DNA of 64,000 nt from the human T2T-CHM13v2.0 reference genome, Homo sapiens, in NCBI RefSeq assembly GCF_009914755.1, contig NC_060928.1, one strand, 5' to 3'. The notes under the pieces were generated by a model that was not told the DNA's origin, did no database searches, and was given only the letters and a program-made list of their open reading frames with translations. A program made the translations under genes and the position numbers. Numbering within the stretch: the stretch's first letter is position 1; every line of letters starts with the position of its first letter. Shown here piece after piece: positions 39,591 through 53,220 of this stretch.

Positions 39591-39828
39591 TTTTCTTTTT
39601 TTTTTTAAGTTTTTTTTTTCTTTTATTATTATACTTTAAGTTTTAGGGTACATGTGCACAATGTGCAGGTTAGTTACATATGTATACATGTGCCATGCTG
39701 GTGCGCTGCACCCACTAACTCGTCGTCGTCGTCTAGCATTAGGTATATCTCCCAATGCTATCCCTCCCCCCTCCCCCCACCCCACAACAGTCCCCAGAGT
39801 GTGATGTTCCCCTTCCTGTGTCCATGTG
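39591..39828 (-). mobile_element. Young L1PA2/3-type 3'-end fragment
   Basis: Near-consensus 'ttattatactttaagttttagggtacatgtgcacaatgtgcaggttagttacatatg...gtgcgctgcacccactaactcgtc'. GAG-type rather than Ta ACA. Confidence 0.9.
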
Positions 39829-42825
39829 TATTGATTTCTATCTTTATTGCTCTGTGGTACTTGAGTGTGGTCAGTATATTTGTAGTTTTTTTTTTTAATT
39901 TGTTGAGGATTGTTTTAGGTCTGGTTCTGTGATGGATTTTAGAATATGTGCCATGTTCAGATGTGAAAAATGTATATTTTGTTGATTTTGAGTGAAGATT
40001 TCTGCAGATATCTGTTAGGCCCATTTGGTCAAGTGCCAAGTTCAGGTCCCAAATATCTTTGTTAGTTTTCTGCCTAGATAATCTTTCTAATACTAGTGGG
40101 GTGTTAAAGTCTCTCACTATTATTGTGTAGTTGTGTAAGTCTCTTCATAGGTCTCTAAGAAGTTGTTTTATTAATCTTGGTGCTCCTGTGTTGGGTGCAC
40201 ATATATTTAGGATAGTTAGGTCTTCTGGATGAATTGAACGTTTTTCCATTATGTAATGCCCTGCTTTGTCTTTTTTTGATGGTTGTTGGTTTGAATTCAG
40301 CTTTGTTTGAAATTAAAATAGCAACCCTTGCTTTTTTCTGTTTCCATTTGCTTGGTAGATTTTTCTCCATCCCTTTACTTTGATTCTATGGGTGTCATTT
40401 GTGTGTGATGGGTTTCTTGAAAACAGCATACAGTTGTATCCTAATTCGTTATTCAACTTGTTCTTCTGTGCCTTTTAATTGAGACATTTACCCTGATTAT
40501 ATTCAAGGCTAATATTGATACATGCAGATTTGATCCTATCATCATGTTGTTAGCTTGTTATCATACAGATTTTGTTGTGTAATTGCTTTATAGCATCAAT
40601 GGTATATGTACTTAAGTCAGGTTATATTGTGATGGCTAGTAATGGTGTTTATTTTCCATATTTAGCACTCCCTTCAGGATCTCTTATAAGACAGGTCTGG
40701 TGGTAACAATTTCCCTTAGCATTGGCCTCAACACTCTGATGGGTGGTTTGGGCCATTGTGCTTCGTCATGTCAGTGGAAGCAGGATCCATGCTCACTTGC
40801 ATGGGCCATCACAGCTGTGGCATCATGGTGGGGTTGGCAGCAGTATTTATCATAGCCAAAAAATTAAGACAACTCAAATGTCCACCAGCTGACGATAAAT
40901 GAATCATCAAAATGCATTTTTTTCATACTGTGGAATAATTTTCAGCAATAAAAATAAATAAAATTGTGATACATGTTGCATCTTGGATGAACTTTATAAC
41001 CATTATGCTAAGTGAAAGAAGCCAGTTGTAAAACACTATATATTGCATAATCCTAGTCACGTAAAATGTGCAGAATAGACAAATCCAAAGAGACAAAAAG
41101 TAAATTAGTGATACACACAGTAAATTAATAGTTTTGAAAAATTTAGGACAGAAGGAAATAGATTGACTAGTGATAGTTATGGGATTTCTTCTTGGGGTGT
41201 TGAAAATGTTTTGACATTAGATACTTTTGAAGGTTATAAAACTATGTGAATATAATAACCACATATTTTATACTTTAAATAGATGAATTTTATGGAAATA
41301 AATGTTATTTCAATCAATCGGTTATCTCAAAGGTGCCCTTAAAAAAAGATTCCAACACAGGTTTTATTTCTTCGGCTTCCCTTAAATGGTATTTATTTGA
41401 GGAGTCAGTTCATTGGCAAGGTCAACATCTACATTTTCAAAGCTTCTCAACTCCAGATTTTCTTGTTTATTTAAAATTGACACCTAAGCTCAATCACTTT
41501 CTGGACAGTATTTAGCAAGCCTGTAAATAAGGCTTTGCTATTTTCCTTTTCTCTGGGGGAAAAGGAAAAACAGCAAGGTGAGTATTCCCATGATCTTCAT
41601 TAAAATTTACCACTGCATTATCATATTTAGAGAGTGATATAAAACAGAAAAGGAAAATAAAATTTACAAATATGCACAATATTCAAGATAAAATTACAAT
41701 ATTTGCATATTTTATTTTTTACTTAAAATTACTGAAGATTTAAGGGAAATACTTGGTAATACAATGAATATAAAAGACACATGCTTTGAACAATACTAAC
41801 AATAAAGGGTATAAAATCAAATAAAACAATAAATCCCTGAAAAATAAATTAATTATAAATGTGACAACTGAAATGAGTAACTGAGTGATAAGTTGCAATC
41901 ATCAAAATTTATTAAACTACTTTAGGGTGTATCCAGAAAAAACATGAGCCACAGGCGCATCTTTGTTTTTCCACATAGGTTTTCAGGAGATTTAGTATTT
42001 ATACATTTCTTGAAAGGAGCAGGAGGGATGAATATAGGACAAGAGGCATGGAGGTGGTCAGGTGAACACTACATTTTATGTAAGATGTGTCTGGAGAAAA
42101 AAAAAAAGAGAAGTACAAAAAGAAGCAATTATGCAGATGTCTTTGGGTAGGTGGTAGAAGGAGTATTGACTTTGTTCTGTATCTGGGAAGATAAGCTTGC
42201 AATGGACATTATCAGTGTGAAGTTTTCAGAGCTAGGCTTACATTGTAGAGCTAAAGTCAAAATTGGCATGACCTTGCTTATGGAAAACCAGCAAATAATT
42301 TACGTATGAAATATCTGTGGTGGCTTTCCTTCTTTGATGTCTGATGTCTTTTACTTCTCCATGGGGATCTGGCTGATGCATAATTTTAGTTACAACTATT
42401 CATTAGGAAGAGGACATTGTAATGATCTTCCCTTTTGCATATATTTAAAGGTCCTGAGATTTGTTGAATTTTCTTTTACAAATGTAAATATTAATATATT
42501 ATGAATATGAATAAAATAATATTTCACTGGGAATACTTAAGAGAAAACTTAAAAATTTGAGGATATATAACATTCTGGTAACAAACTCAATGTTGAAGTA
42601 AGGCAAATTTTCTAAAACACAGTCAATAAATGTAATATAATTACCAATAAAATACCAAAGACAAATTGTTTATGTCTTAATAGGAATGCTGTTCAATGCC
42701 TATGAAAACTCTTAGAAATAAATTTTAATTTTGGAGCTCACAGCATGAAACATGAGGAGTAATCTGCAAGGGATTTTTGAAATAAATATGTTGAAAGCAC
42801 TTTTTATTTCCTTGCTCTCAGGTGA

Positions 42826-42878
42826 CTAATAAGGATGAGTATGTCTCCTGCTAATAAGGATGAGCATGTTTCCTGCTA
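42826..42878. repeat. 25-bp tandem duplication
   Basis: ctaataaggatgagtatgtctcctg / ctaataaggatgagcatgtttcctg. Confidence 0.9.
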
Positions 42879-43730
42879 TGTAGCTCTCTCAACATATTTC
42901 ATTGGGTTACTTGCACTTTTTTCAATGAAAGAAGAAACTTTTCCTTTTTACCTTGTCTTTCTAGGAAGAAGTGGGAAGCTTCTTATGTTTCATTTCTTCT
43001 ACTGGTGTAGAAACAGCTGAGAATTCAAACTATAAAGCTATAACACTCTTTACTTGTCATGTTCCGTCCTTCTTTGTGTTATGTATGAATAACACTGGTT
43101 CCTGGATCAGAGTATCTGCGTTCAGAATTTTTCTTTTATTTCTACTCTAGATATATGTTTTCCTAACACTCTGGTACAGATTCTAACTTACAATTTTTCT
43201 CCCTAGTGAGAGAAATAAAGTCAACCATTTGACTTTATTTGGTAAAAAAAACCACTTTTACCTACTTGAGTAGGATAATTCCATTCTGAAGTCATTCTTC
43301 TCCATGTCAAACATCTCACACAGGTTTGGACTCTGTTGTGGGTTAGTGTGATTTCCATGTAATTTCTCATGTCTTCTGTGGTTTTCCTGGGAATCTAACA
43401 TCATTAATCTTCTTTATATTAAAGGCTATAAATTATTTTCCATCTGAAAAAAGAGTTTTATTCAGTGATCTTTATAATCTTGTCATGTAAAACATATCCA
43501 AAATTTATACAACCAGCTATTATTGTTGGAGAATTAAAAGAAATTTCCACCACTGCTTTTCTTAATTACTTCATACTATAGCTAAAAAGAGTCTCTCAAT
43601 ATTTCTTGTGGTTTGATCCATGCTTCGCTTAGTATCTTCTGCCTGATCTCACTTGCACCATTCATCCTCTTTGACCAGTGAAAATAAAAATATTATGCTC
43701 TGTTTCCTTTTGGGATTTCATATTTTAAAC

Positions 43731-43880
43731 CAGGCATTTGAAAACTTTTTCCGTAAAGGGTCAGATAATAAATATTTCATTTTGCAAACCATATAACAGC
43801 CACTCTATCACAACTACTCAACCCTTCTGTGTAGCATGCAAGTTGCCACTGCAAAAATTAGTAAATAAATAAAAGTTTAA
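43731..43880 (+). mobile_element. MER58A (hAT-Charlie) fragment
   Basis: 'aactttttccgtaaagggtcagataataaatattt...caactactcaacccttctgtgtagc'. Confidence 0.8.
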
Positions 43881-44042
43881 AAGGTGGATTTACTTATTTT
43901 ATTAAATGGTTTAATACTTCGAAACATTAGTCCTTACTGTAATAACAAGAAGAAAATTCATATTAGGTATCCAGTTAGCTGTGAGTGCCACAAAGTTTTT
44001 GAAGAAAATAACTTTTTTCTTCAAGCCAAACAGCTAAGTTTC

Positions 44043-47000
44043 AGTCTTAGTCATTCAAGATGTTATAACAGAATACCTATACTGGGTAATTTATAGATAA
44101 CTAAAATCTATTGTTCATAGTTATGAAGGCTGGAAAATTGAAGATTAATATACCAGCAAGTTTTAGTGTCTGATGAGGGCTCACGCTCCACTTCAAAGAT
44201 GGCACCTTCTAAAAGTCCTCATATGAACAAAAGGAGAAACAAGTTCTCTCATGCTTCTTTAATAAGGACCCTAATCCCATTCCTGGGGGTTCTGCTTTTA
44301 TGATTTAATCACTTTCTAAAGGTCTCTCCTCTTAATCACTTTGGGGATTAAGTTTCAACATATGAATTTTGGGGGGACACCAACAGTCAGACCACAGCAT
44401 TTATCCCCTGGTCCCCTAAATTTATATCTTTCTCACATGCAAAAAAAAACATTCATTTCATCCTAATTTCCCTAAAAGTCTTAACTCGTTGTGGCATCAA
44501 CTCAAAAGTCTAAAGTCCAGAATCTTGTCTAAATGTCATCTAAATCAGATATGGGTAAGACTCATGGTTTGATTGATCTGGAGGCAAATTATTCTCCAGC
44601 TGTGAAGCTTATTATTTTAATAATAAAATTATTTTTTAACTTCAATAAATTAAAATGTATTAATTTTTCAATAAATTTGGAAAATATGTGTTTCCAAAAT
44701 ACATGGTGGAATAGGTATAAGAGATATATTTCTAACCCAAAAGGGAGAAATAGGAAAGAAGAAAGATATAGTAAGTTCAAAATAGGTCCAACACCCAATA
44801 AAGCAGGCAATATTAAATTGTAAGGGTTGAGAATAACCTTCCTGGATTCTGTATCCCACCTTCTGAACACACTGGCATAGGGGTTGGGCCTCCAAGGTTC
44901 TAGGTGTCCCTAAAACATTGCCTTGTTGTGTCAGCCTACATGGCAGTTCTCCCAGGCTGGAGTCACTTGCTTAAGGCTCTTCAGGTCTGGGATCCCTCAG
45001 GCAGCCCCAAAACTACAGCTCCTCTAGGCATTTTCCTAGCGGAGGCTCCCTGCTCTGACCCTGCCTCTGTGTTATAGAGCTGAACTGGGGTCCCATTGCC
45101 TGGCACAGTAAAACCAGATACCCGCCACAAGATTTTTGCAGTGATAGAAAGGAAGGTGTTTATTGCAGGGCACCAAGCAAAGAGAATCAGCGTGGCTCAT
45201 CCTTAAGACTTGAACTCCCCAATGAATAGCAGGTAAGAGTTTTTTCAGTCAGGGGTAAATTTCAGGAAAGCAGAAGCTACAGGCAAAATTATAAATCAAT
45301 ACTTGGAGGTTACACACTGGTTTTGGCCTAAAAGTTTGTGATATCCTGAAGCAGGGGCTTACAGGTTATAGATATATTTAAAGATTTTCTGATTTGCAAT
45401 TAGTTGATAAAGAGAAGCTTTGTTTAAAAATTTAGAGTCAGTAGAACTGGTTAACGGTTACAGTGGGGTAACTTAGTCTAAGTACCTCAGGAAGAAACTT
45501 AGAAAAAAAGACAATAAAGTTTAGTCTTCACCTCCTCCTTATCTTGTCTATGGGGTCCTCAAGTAGGGGTTGGAGCCCATGAAAGAAAACTCAGGGAGAT
45601 ATATTATGATTTTGTGTTTAGTTTTTATAGGGAAAACAAACATCTCTGGGACCCTAATTTCTTTAGCTACTGTTTCAAGCTATTACCTTCTTTAACAGAT
45701 TACATATTTACTTCTCAGGGCCTGGAATTTCTCTTGAAGGAACTTAGATTTTTTTTTTTCAATGATGTGGCCCACAGACCCCCTGAACAGGGAGATCCCT
45801 GCTCTATCTCACCTGCTGCAGTTCCGTCTGGACCTTGAAACTCTGCTGGCATCTTTTGAAATCTAAGTGAAAGTAGCCATGCCCTCACAACTCCTATCTT
45901 CTGCACCCTGACAGAGATAGCACAAAGAAGATGCTGCCTAATCTTATCATGTGTGCCTTTCTTCTAGATGAGTGGCCCCATCTGCACCTGAAGCTGCTTG
46001 AGCCACAGATGGGGAAGCCAAGGAATGTTGTACCAGAATGAAGAGTCTGAAGTCTTAAAATTATTCTTCACTCTAAGCCCTGGCTTTCTGGGCTTGTTCT
46101 GAGAGAGGTAGTCCAGCAATCTTCAAAATGTTCTCTCCTAAGCATGCTTTTTCATTCTTTTCAACATGGCCCAGGGTGAGAATTTTTCAATCCTTTAAGT
46201 CCTATTTCTCTTTTAATTATAAATTCTGCTTTTATTCATTTCTCTGTTCTTGCGTTTTAGCATAAACATTCAAGAAAGCTAAGCCACTCCCTCAATACTT
46301 TGCTTAGATATTTTTTCACCAAATATTTTATTGCTCAGAGTTCTACTTTCCACAGAACAATAGGACACAAATACTATTCAGACAAGTTCTTTGCCACCTC
46401 CTAAGACTGCCTTTTCTTCAGTTTCCAATAATATGTTCCTCATTTGCAACTGAGCCCATATCAAAATGGCCTTTATCATCCATGTTTCCACACATTCTGA
46501 TTATAACAACTTAGGTAATCACTAAGAAGATTGGGGCTTTCTCTAAAGCTCACATCTTCTGAGTTTTCACCAGAATATCTCCGAATGTTCCAACCATGAC
46601 AGTGTAGATTTTTTACCATTGATCTCCAAACTCTTCCAGCCTCTACAGATTACCCAGTTCCAAAGCAGCTTCTACATTTTTAGGTATTGGTTACAGCAGC
46701 ACTCCATTCTCTGAATCCATTTGTAAGGTTCCTCCTGACCTTCACAACAAAATATTTTACAATAGGTTATTTATAAATAAGAAAAATTTATTGCTCATGA
46801 TTCTAGAGGCCGTGAAGTCCAAGATCAAGGTGCTAGCAGATTCATTGCCTGTGGAGGACTTGCTCTCTACTTCAAAGATGGTGTCTTCTGTATGTCCCCA
46901 CAGGGAGAAAAGAGAAACAGACTCCCTGAAGCGTCTTTTGTAAGGGCACTAATTCTATTCATGATGGCTCTGCCCTCATGACCTAATCAACTCCTAAAGA

Positions 47001-47078
47001 ACTCTCTTGCTAATGTCATTACATTATGGATTTTCAACATATAAATTTTATGGAGACAGCAACATTCAGACCATAGCA
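44043..47078 (-). mobile_element. MLT1A-type MaLR provirus: LTR (44043-44399), internal region, LTR (about 46722-47078)
   Basis: Two homologous LTRs ending cagaccacagca / cagaccatagca. MaLR internal sequence between them ends 'ttaggtattggttacagcagcactccattctc'. Confidence 0.85.
45070..45761 (-). mobile_element. ERV1 solo LTR (MER34/MER39 group) nested in the MLT1A internal region
   Basis: TG...CA ends. 'aagattttctgatttgcaattagttg', 'cctggaatttctcttgaaggaacttaga'. Confidence 0.7.
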
Positions 47079-47122
47079 CCTTCTTTTGTATTTCTCTCAC
47101 ATCAACACTCTTTCTAATCAGA

Positions 47123-47520
47123 TGTTTTTTACCAGCAGGCAGGTCTATGCCAGCCTACCTCAAAGTCCCAGCAAGCTGAGAGACCAAAGAAAGAGGTTGT
47201 CAAATTCAGGTTCTTATGAAGCCACTTTTTAATAGAGACTTAGGAACAGAAGCTATATCTGTGTCTCAGATGGTGGCAAGAAAAGATAATGGATCCCTGC
47301 ACCATTACCCCCAGATCCAGGGATTATATACTATAGGTGAGGGGCACCCATGTTTCAGAGGAAATAGGTAGGAATTTGCCCTAAGGGAAGGATTTATTGT
47401 AAATACATGCACTTACACAAGGAACAATAAACTCAATGTCTCAGAGGCATTCCAGGAACCAGAGTTGATCAGAAGTCAACATGGCAGATTACCTTCCAAA
47501 ATGGGGTTGCTTTAGCCTCA
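47123..47520 (-). mobile_element. MER93-like ERV1 LTR
   Basis: Reverse complement begins 'tgaggctaaagcaaccccattttgg...gccatgttgacttctgatcaac...ggaatgcctct'. Confidence 0.75.
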
Positions 47521-47579
47521 ATAGACTTCAATTTTGAAACATTGAATTTTATAAACTAGCCTAATTTCTAGAGTCTCTG

Positions 47580-48165
47580 TGTTACCAACTATGGGTTCTT
47601 TAGCTCTGAATCCAGTAGAAATTGAAACATGGCCCAAAGAGTTTTTCCAAACAAGGCTTTATTGGAGCTTATGCCTTGTCATAAGGGAGGCAGCAAAAGA
47701 GAGATTTATCTGGCTTGCCCCCTCCAAAGGAGTTGGGAAGGCAGTTGTTTTAAAGTGGCTCTGGTGGAAAAGGAGTGATGTTCAGGCACGTAGAGCAGGG
47801 AACTTTTAAGCACATGCATTGCATGTTTTATTAGCATGTTAAATCTCCATCCTGGGTGTGATTCTTAGTATTATAATGAAGCCAAGTTTAAAGATTGGTC
47901 ATTCTCCCAGCCTTGCACACATGTGGGAGTTAGGGCTTCTTCTCTTGAGTAAGATTTATGGTGGTAGCTGCTTATTTTAGCTTCCTCAAGGCCCTGCCAT
48001 CAGTCAGTGTGATGCCTTGTGCAAGATTTAGAGTACAAAGTCTGGATGATCTGGTTAGGGTCTGCACTGGCCACGGGACTCTGGAACTCTCCCATCATCT
48101 TGCAGTAGAGATCCCCAGTGGGGCATGAAATGGTGGGAGGCAAGTGCCATACCTTATCTGTATCA
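47580..48165 (-). mobile_element. ERV1-type solo LTR, family not determined
   Basis: TGTTACC...TGTATCA ends. 'ctttattg' is the reverse of a poly(A) signal. Possible 4-bp TSD tctg / tttg. Confidence 0.55.
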
Positions 48166-48455
48166 TTTGAGTATGTCTGGTATTTAAAGGCAGTATTTTC
48201 CAGTATTGTCCTTTTATTTCTTATCTTTTGAATTTGTAAAAGTTTTTAGTGTTTTATTATCTTTGCCTCAAAGGCAAAGATGAAATATTCCTCTCATAAA
48301 AAGGTCTTCGTTCCTCTTCATATACTCACTGATAGAATAACCCACTTACTACTATTGGTTCACATTCTAGGCCATTGAAGTCTGCAGACATAAGCAGGTC
48401 TATATAAAGTGCAGCCCAAAACCTATTGATGTTGTATGTTGGGAAAAATGAAGTA

Positions 48456-49118
48456 CAGTAGTTCCACCTTATCCTCAGGGAATACATTCCAAGACCCTCA
48501 GTGGGTGCCTGAAACCATAGGTAAAACCAAACCTGATCACTTGTCAATCAGAATGCATTTCTGTTCATGTCTTTCCCCCACAAATTTAATCCCTTTTTCA
48601 TATTGACAAAGTACAAATCACACACTGTGGCCCTAACTTTTGCAGTCTGAGGTGTGAATGAAAAACTAGCACAAAAGTATGTTTTCTTCTTCATAATTTC
48701 ATGGATAGAAGGTTTGTTCTTACCATGGGCCTTAGCAAATTCAGCATACGTTTTTTTTTTCTTTACTTATTAAATTAAAAACTTTCTTTCTTTTTTTTTT
48801 TTTACTTAAAGGAAGCACTTTACAATTTCACTTTGTTATATCCAAATTGCCAGCATTGCTACTCTTGTACTTTGAGACTATTATTAAGTAAAATAAAGAT
48901 TACTTGAACATAGCCACTGAGATACCTTGATAATCTCATAACCGATACAACTACTAAGGGACTAAGAGGCAGGTAGCATATATACTCAGAACAGCAACCA
49001 ATTTAAAACTTATACATTGTTTATTTCTGAAAATTGTTATGTAATATTTTTGAACTGAAGTTCACTATGGGTAACTATAGCTGTGGAAAGTGAAACTGCA
49101 GAGAAGGCAGGACTACTA
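48456..49118. mobile_element. MER44 (Tigger7-derived) DNA transposon
   Basis: TIRs cagtagttccaccttatcctc ... gcagagaaggcaggactacta with TA before. 'ttccaagaccctcagtgggtgcctgaaacc'. Confidence 0.85.
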
Positions 49119-50142
49119 CAGAGCAGACTTTCTAGTTTCCTTCTTTATCCCCCTGAATACGTATCAAACTTGAAAAAGAGGAACACTGGAAGTGGCCAAT
49201 GTAACTCTGTCTACTCATAAAAGTACAATTTGTCTGAAAGCTCCCCAAATTTTCAATTTTAGCTGGTAATCCGTTTTATTTTTAGTTTAATATTACCCTA
49301 TACTACTGGATAAGAAACTGGATAAGGTTGAGGAGGAGACTAACTAGTAGTGAAACTTTTTCAATTTGGTGAACCTCAAAAGCCTGTACACAGGAGCACT
49401 GTGTGTTTTGAGAGGAACCTTATCTGAAATTAAAACAATGTCTTTTCCTGAATGTTAGGTACTAACTCAGTATCTATTGTTGTAGATGGTATTATCATCT
49501 CAAAATAGTAGAACTTTTGTTTTAATGATAAGACTTTCGGCTTGTGCCTATTTCATCATCTAGTAACTATAACTGGGGACATGTACCTGTCATGAAAAGA
49601 AAGACCAATTCAGAGCAGTACTGGTAAACAGATATTAGTGTAGAGCCATCATTTTCTTGTCTTTCAGGAAATCAAACAGAATCAGTATATAAAATAAATA
49701 CTTATGCAGAAACTATTTTAATGAAACTATGTGATACATGAAAGTCTAAACAATAAAATAATTGAAAGAGCTACCACTGCTTTCAAAAGCAAGGACATGA
49801 ACTGGAGAAAAAAAGGAGTCACGGAGAGGGTACTACACACAGATTTCAGATAAAGTCACCTTCAAAGTATATTTCTAGATAACAAAATGTGCATCTTGAG
49901 ATTTAAAAAGCTTGAAATCTCCTTTTGAAACGCTAGGCTGATGATAAAAACCTTCCATCAACCTACTTGGGTTTTTAAAAGCAATATACATATGGATAAA
50001 GAATCTTACATAGAAGTTACATTTGGGAGACGAAGTGGAGAAAGATGTGTAAACAGAACCCTCAAGCTATTGTACCTCTGCCAGAACACCAAATTGAACA
50101 AATATCCAGTCAACAAAGCATATTCATAAGAACCAAATTATC

Positions 50143-50373
<231 letters not shown>

Positions 50374-50894
50374 TTATCAGGTGAGTTATTAAGTTATTAA
50401 GCACTTAGTTTTAACATAATAAAAAAGAAACAGGCATTGAATAGTGTAGAAAAGATAGTCCTATATTGCCTACATCACCTTTCCCCAACCCCAGGCAACA
50501 CAGAGTGGAGAAAATCTGTTTGACTGGTGGAGGAAGAGCAAAATGACTGTGGGACTTTGCACTGGAAACAAACGTTGCCTTGTCACAGTGGAACACAACA
50601 TAGGGCAGATTTCTGCCAGTGCCCATGAAAGGAGCATTTAGACCAGTACCGAGCCAGATGGGAATCCTCTACTCCAGCAGGAGGACCCCAAGTTTTAGTC
50701 AGCTGCATCATTAGCAGAATAAAGGGGCCTCAGGCCCAGAATAAATTTGAGTGGCAGTGAGAACTCAGTAACTGCAGTATCTGGGAAGCCCGAGTACTAT
50801 GCTGGTCTCAGAGGCAACAAACTTGAGGTGCAACCCAGTTTGACAACGGAAGTGGTGGCCATGGAAATGTGTGTGTCATCCCTTTTCCATCTCC

Positions 50895-51643
50895 TGTAAT
50901 CCCAATGGGTTCTTCCTGCCTGCTGCACAGACAAAACAAATTCACTGAGACCATGATATCACTGTAAAGGCAGAGTTTAATTAACAGTAGGCTAGCAATG
51001 TTGAAGATGGAGTTATTACTCAAATTAGTCTCCCTAAGAACTCAGAGGCTAGAGTTTTTACAGATAATTTTGTAGGAAGAGGGCTAGCGAATGGGTGCCA
51101 CTGACTGGGGATGAAATCGAAGAGATGTGGAAAACGGTCCTTGTGCACTGAGTCTGTCTCTGAATCAAGGCTGCAGGACCAGTCCAGTCATAAGTCATGG
51201 GACTGGATGGGGTCAGTCACTGCCACAATGCAAATTTCTGAAAAACTTCTCAAAAGACCAATCTTAGGTTCTGTAGTAGTGATGTTATCTATAGGAGCAA
51301 TTACAGAAGTGACAAATGTTGTGACCTCTGGTCATATGACTCCCGAGCAGTCAGGGATTATAAAAACTATGCCTACATCATAGCAGAATTCAAGCCTCTC
51401 CCATAATCCTAATCTTATAGGCTTTCATTAGTTTTAGTCCCTGAGCAAAGAGGGGGTTAGTTTTAGAGAGGAACTATTGTTATTCTTGTTTCCAAGATAA
51501 AACATAAACTAAATTCCTCTCATGGTTAGCTTGGTTTATGTCCAGGAATGAGCAAGAACAGCCAGGCTGTGAGTCTAGAAGCAAGATGGAATCAACCATG
51601 CTATATTTCTTTCATTGTCATAATGTTTGCAAAGATAGTTTCC
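50895..51643 (-). mobile_element. LTR8/LTR8A ERV1 solo LTR
   Basis: Ends 'agcaagatggaatcaaccatg...tgtcataatgtttgcaaagatagtttc'. 4-bp TSD CTCC at 50891-50894 and 51644-51647. Confidence 0.85.
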
Positions 51644-53220
51644 CTCCAGGTAGTGCAGCCGAGCGAGGGACTCCTACCACTTGAGGACAGGAGAGGCAAG
51701 AGTACAGAGGACTTTGTCTTACAACTGGGTACCAGCTCAGCTACAGTAAAATAAAGTACCAGGATATTTCTAAAGATCCAGATTCCAGGACTTTGTTCCT
51801 ATGTGGTGTTTGTAGATTCATCCTGGGTCAGAAAGTCATCTGTGTTCCTGAAGGAATGGATCAAAGCCCAGCAGAATTCACCACCTGCTGACTAATGTGG
51901 CCTTCTTCCTTGAATAAGCATCAGCCACAGCCAGGCAGTCACAGCCATGGGCCTTTGGTGAGCTCCAGTACTGTTCTGGTCTGGAAGGCTGTGAGCTTCA
52001 GGTGTGACCCAGCCTGGTGCCAGTTGTGGTGGCCACTGGAGTGCTTGCATCATCCCTCCTCCAATTCCAGGCAGCCAAGCATAGAGAGAGAGACCTCTTC
52101 TGCTTGGGGAAAAGAGAGGGAAGAGAGAGAAAGAAAGACTTTGACTTGAAACTCAGGGAATTCTCCCTTATCTTCACCAAGTTCATGAAAGATGTGTGTC
52201 TAGGAATTGGCAAGAGTCACAGTATTCCTGGCTTAGTGAACCTCTCCTCCTCTCATGCTGAAACAGCTACAGTGAAAACAGTCTTAGTTGACAACACTCA
52301 GTTCTTTCTGAATTCTGAGAAAGCGTTCTCAAGAAGGATGGGTACAGACAAGCCTACATTGTGAAGATTGGACTAAATACCTAACTCTACAATGCTAGCC
52401 ATCAACAATCATCTACAAATATTAAAAACATCAAAGAAAATGTGACCTCAGAAAATGTACTAAAGCCACGAGCCATCAACCCTGGTGAGACAGAGCTATG
52501 TGACTTCTCAGACAGGGAATACAAAATAGCTGTCTTGAGGAAGTGCAACAAATTTTAAGATAACTTGGAAAAGGAATTGAGAATTCTGTCAGATAAATTT
52601 AACAAACAGATGCAAGTAATATTAAAAAAAAAAAAAGCAAAACTTCTGGAGCTGAAAAATTTAATTTACAAACTAAAAAATTGTGTCATGGTGTCTCAAA
52701 ATCAGAACTGACCAAGCAGAAGAAAGGATTAGTGATCTCAAAGACATGCTACATGAAACAATAATAAAAACAAAGTATGCCTACAAGATCTAGAAAATAG
52801 CCATGAAATGGCAAATCTAGGAGTTACTGGCCTTTGAGAGGATGTATAAAAAGAAATGAGGGTTGCAAATTAATTCAAATATATAATAAAAGAGAACTTT
52901 CCCAACCTAGAGAGAAAGATGACTATCCATGTATAAGAACATTAATCAACACCAAGCAGGTTCAACCCAAATAAAACCACTTCAAGACATATAATAATAC
53001 AACTCTCAAAGGTCAAGGACAAAGAAAAGTACCTAAATGCAGGAAGAGAAAAGAAGCAACTAACATTTAATGGAGTTCCAACACACCTGGCAGCAAAATT
53101 CTCAGTGTAAACCTTATATGTCAAGAGGAGATAGCATGATATATTGAAACTGATGAAGGAATAAACATTTTCAACTTATATGATATATCCAGCAAACTTA
53201 TCCTTGAAACATGAAGGAGA

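Larger units (their letters stand above)
35861..40838 (-). mobile_element. L1PA15/16-type LINE-1 (ORF1 largely deleted)
   Basis: 3'UTR 'ggtacatgtgcaggtttgttatacaggtaaattgtg'. ORF2 remnants 38218..38523(-) [13 protein letters not shown]...[11 protein letters not shown] and 39758..40117(-) DFNTPL. TSD agcagtatt at 35852-35860 and 40839-40847. Confidence 0.88.
32402..41310 (+). mobile_element. Old L1MB-type host element in pieces (32402-33445, 35700-35860, 40848-41310)
   Basis: Collinear ORF2-to-3'UTR segments resume after each insertion. Confidence 0.7.

Noticed and set aside
49645-49700. Acceptor-like site followed by AATAAA (terminal exon?)
   Set aside because: Both motifs are common in AT-rich DNA and there is no supporting upstream structure.
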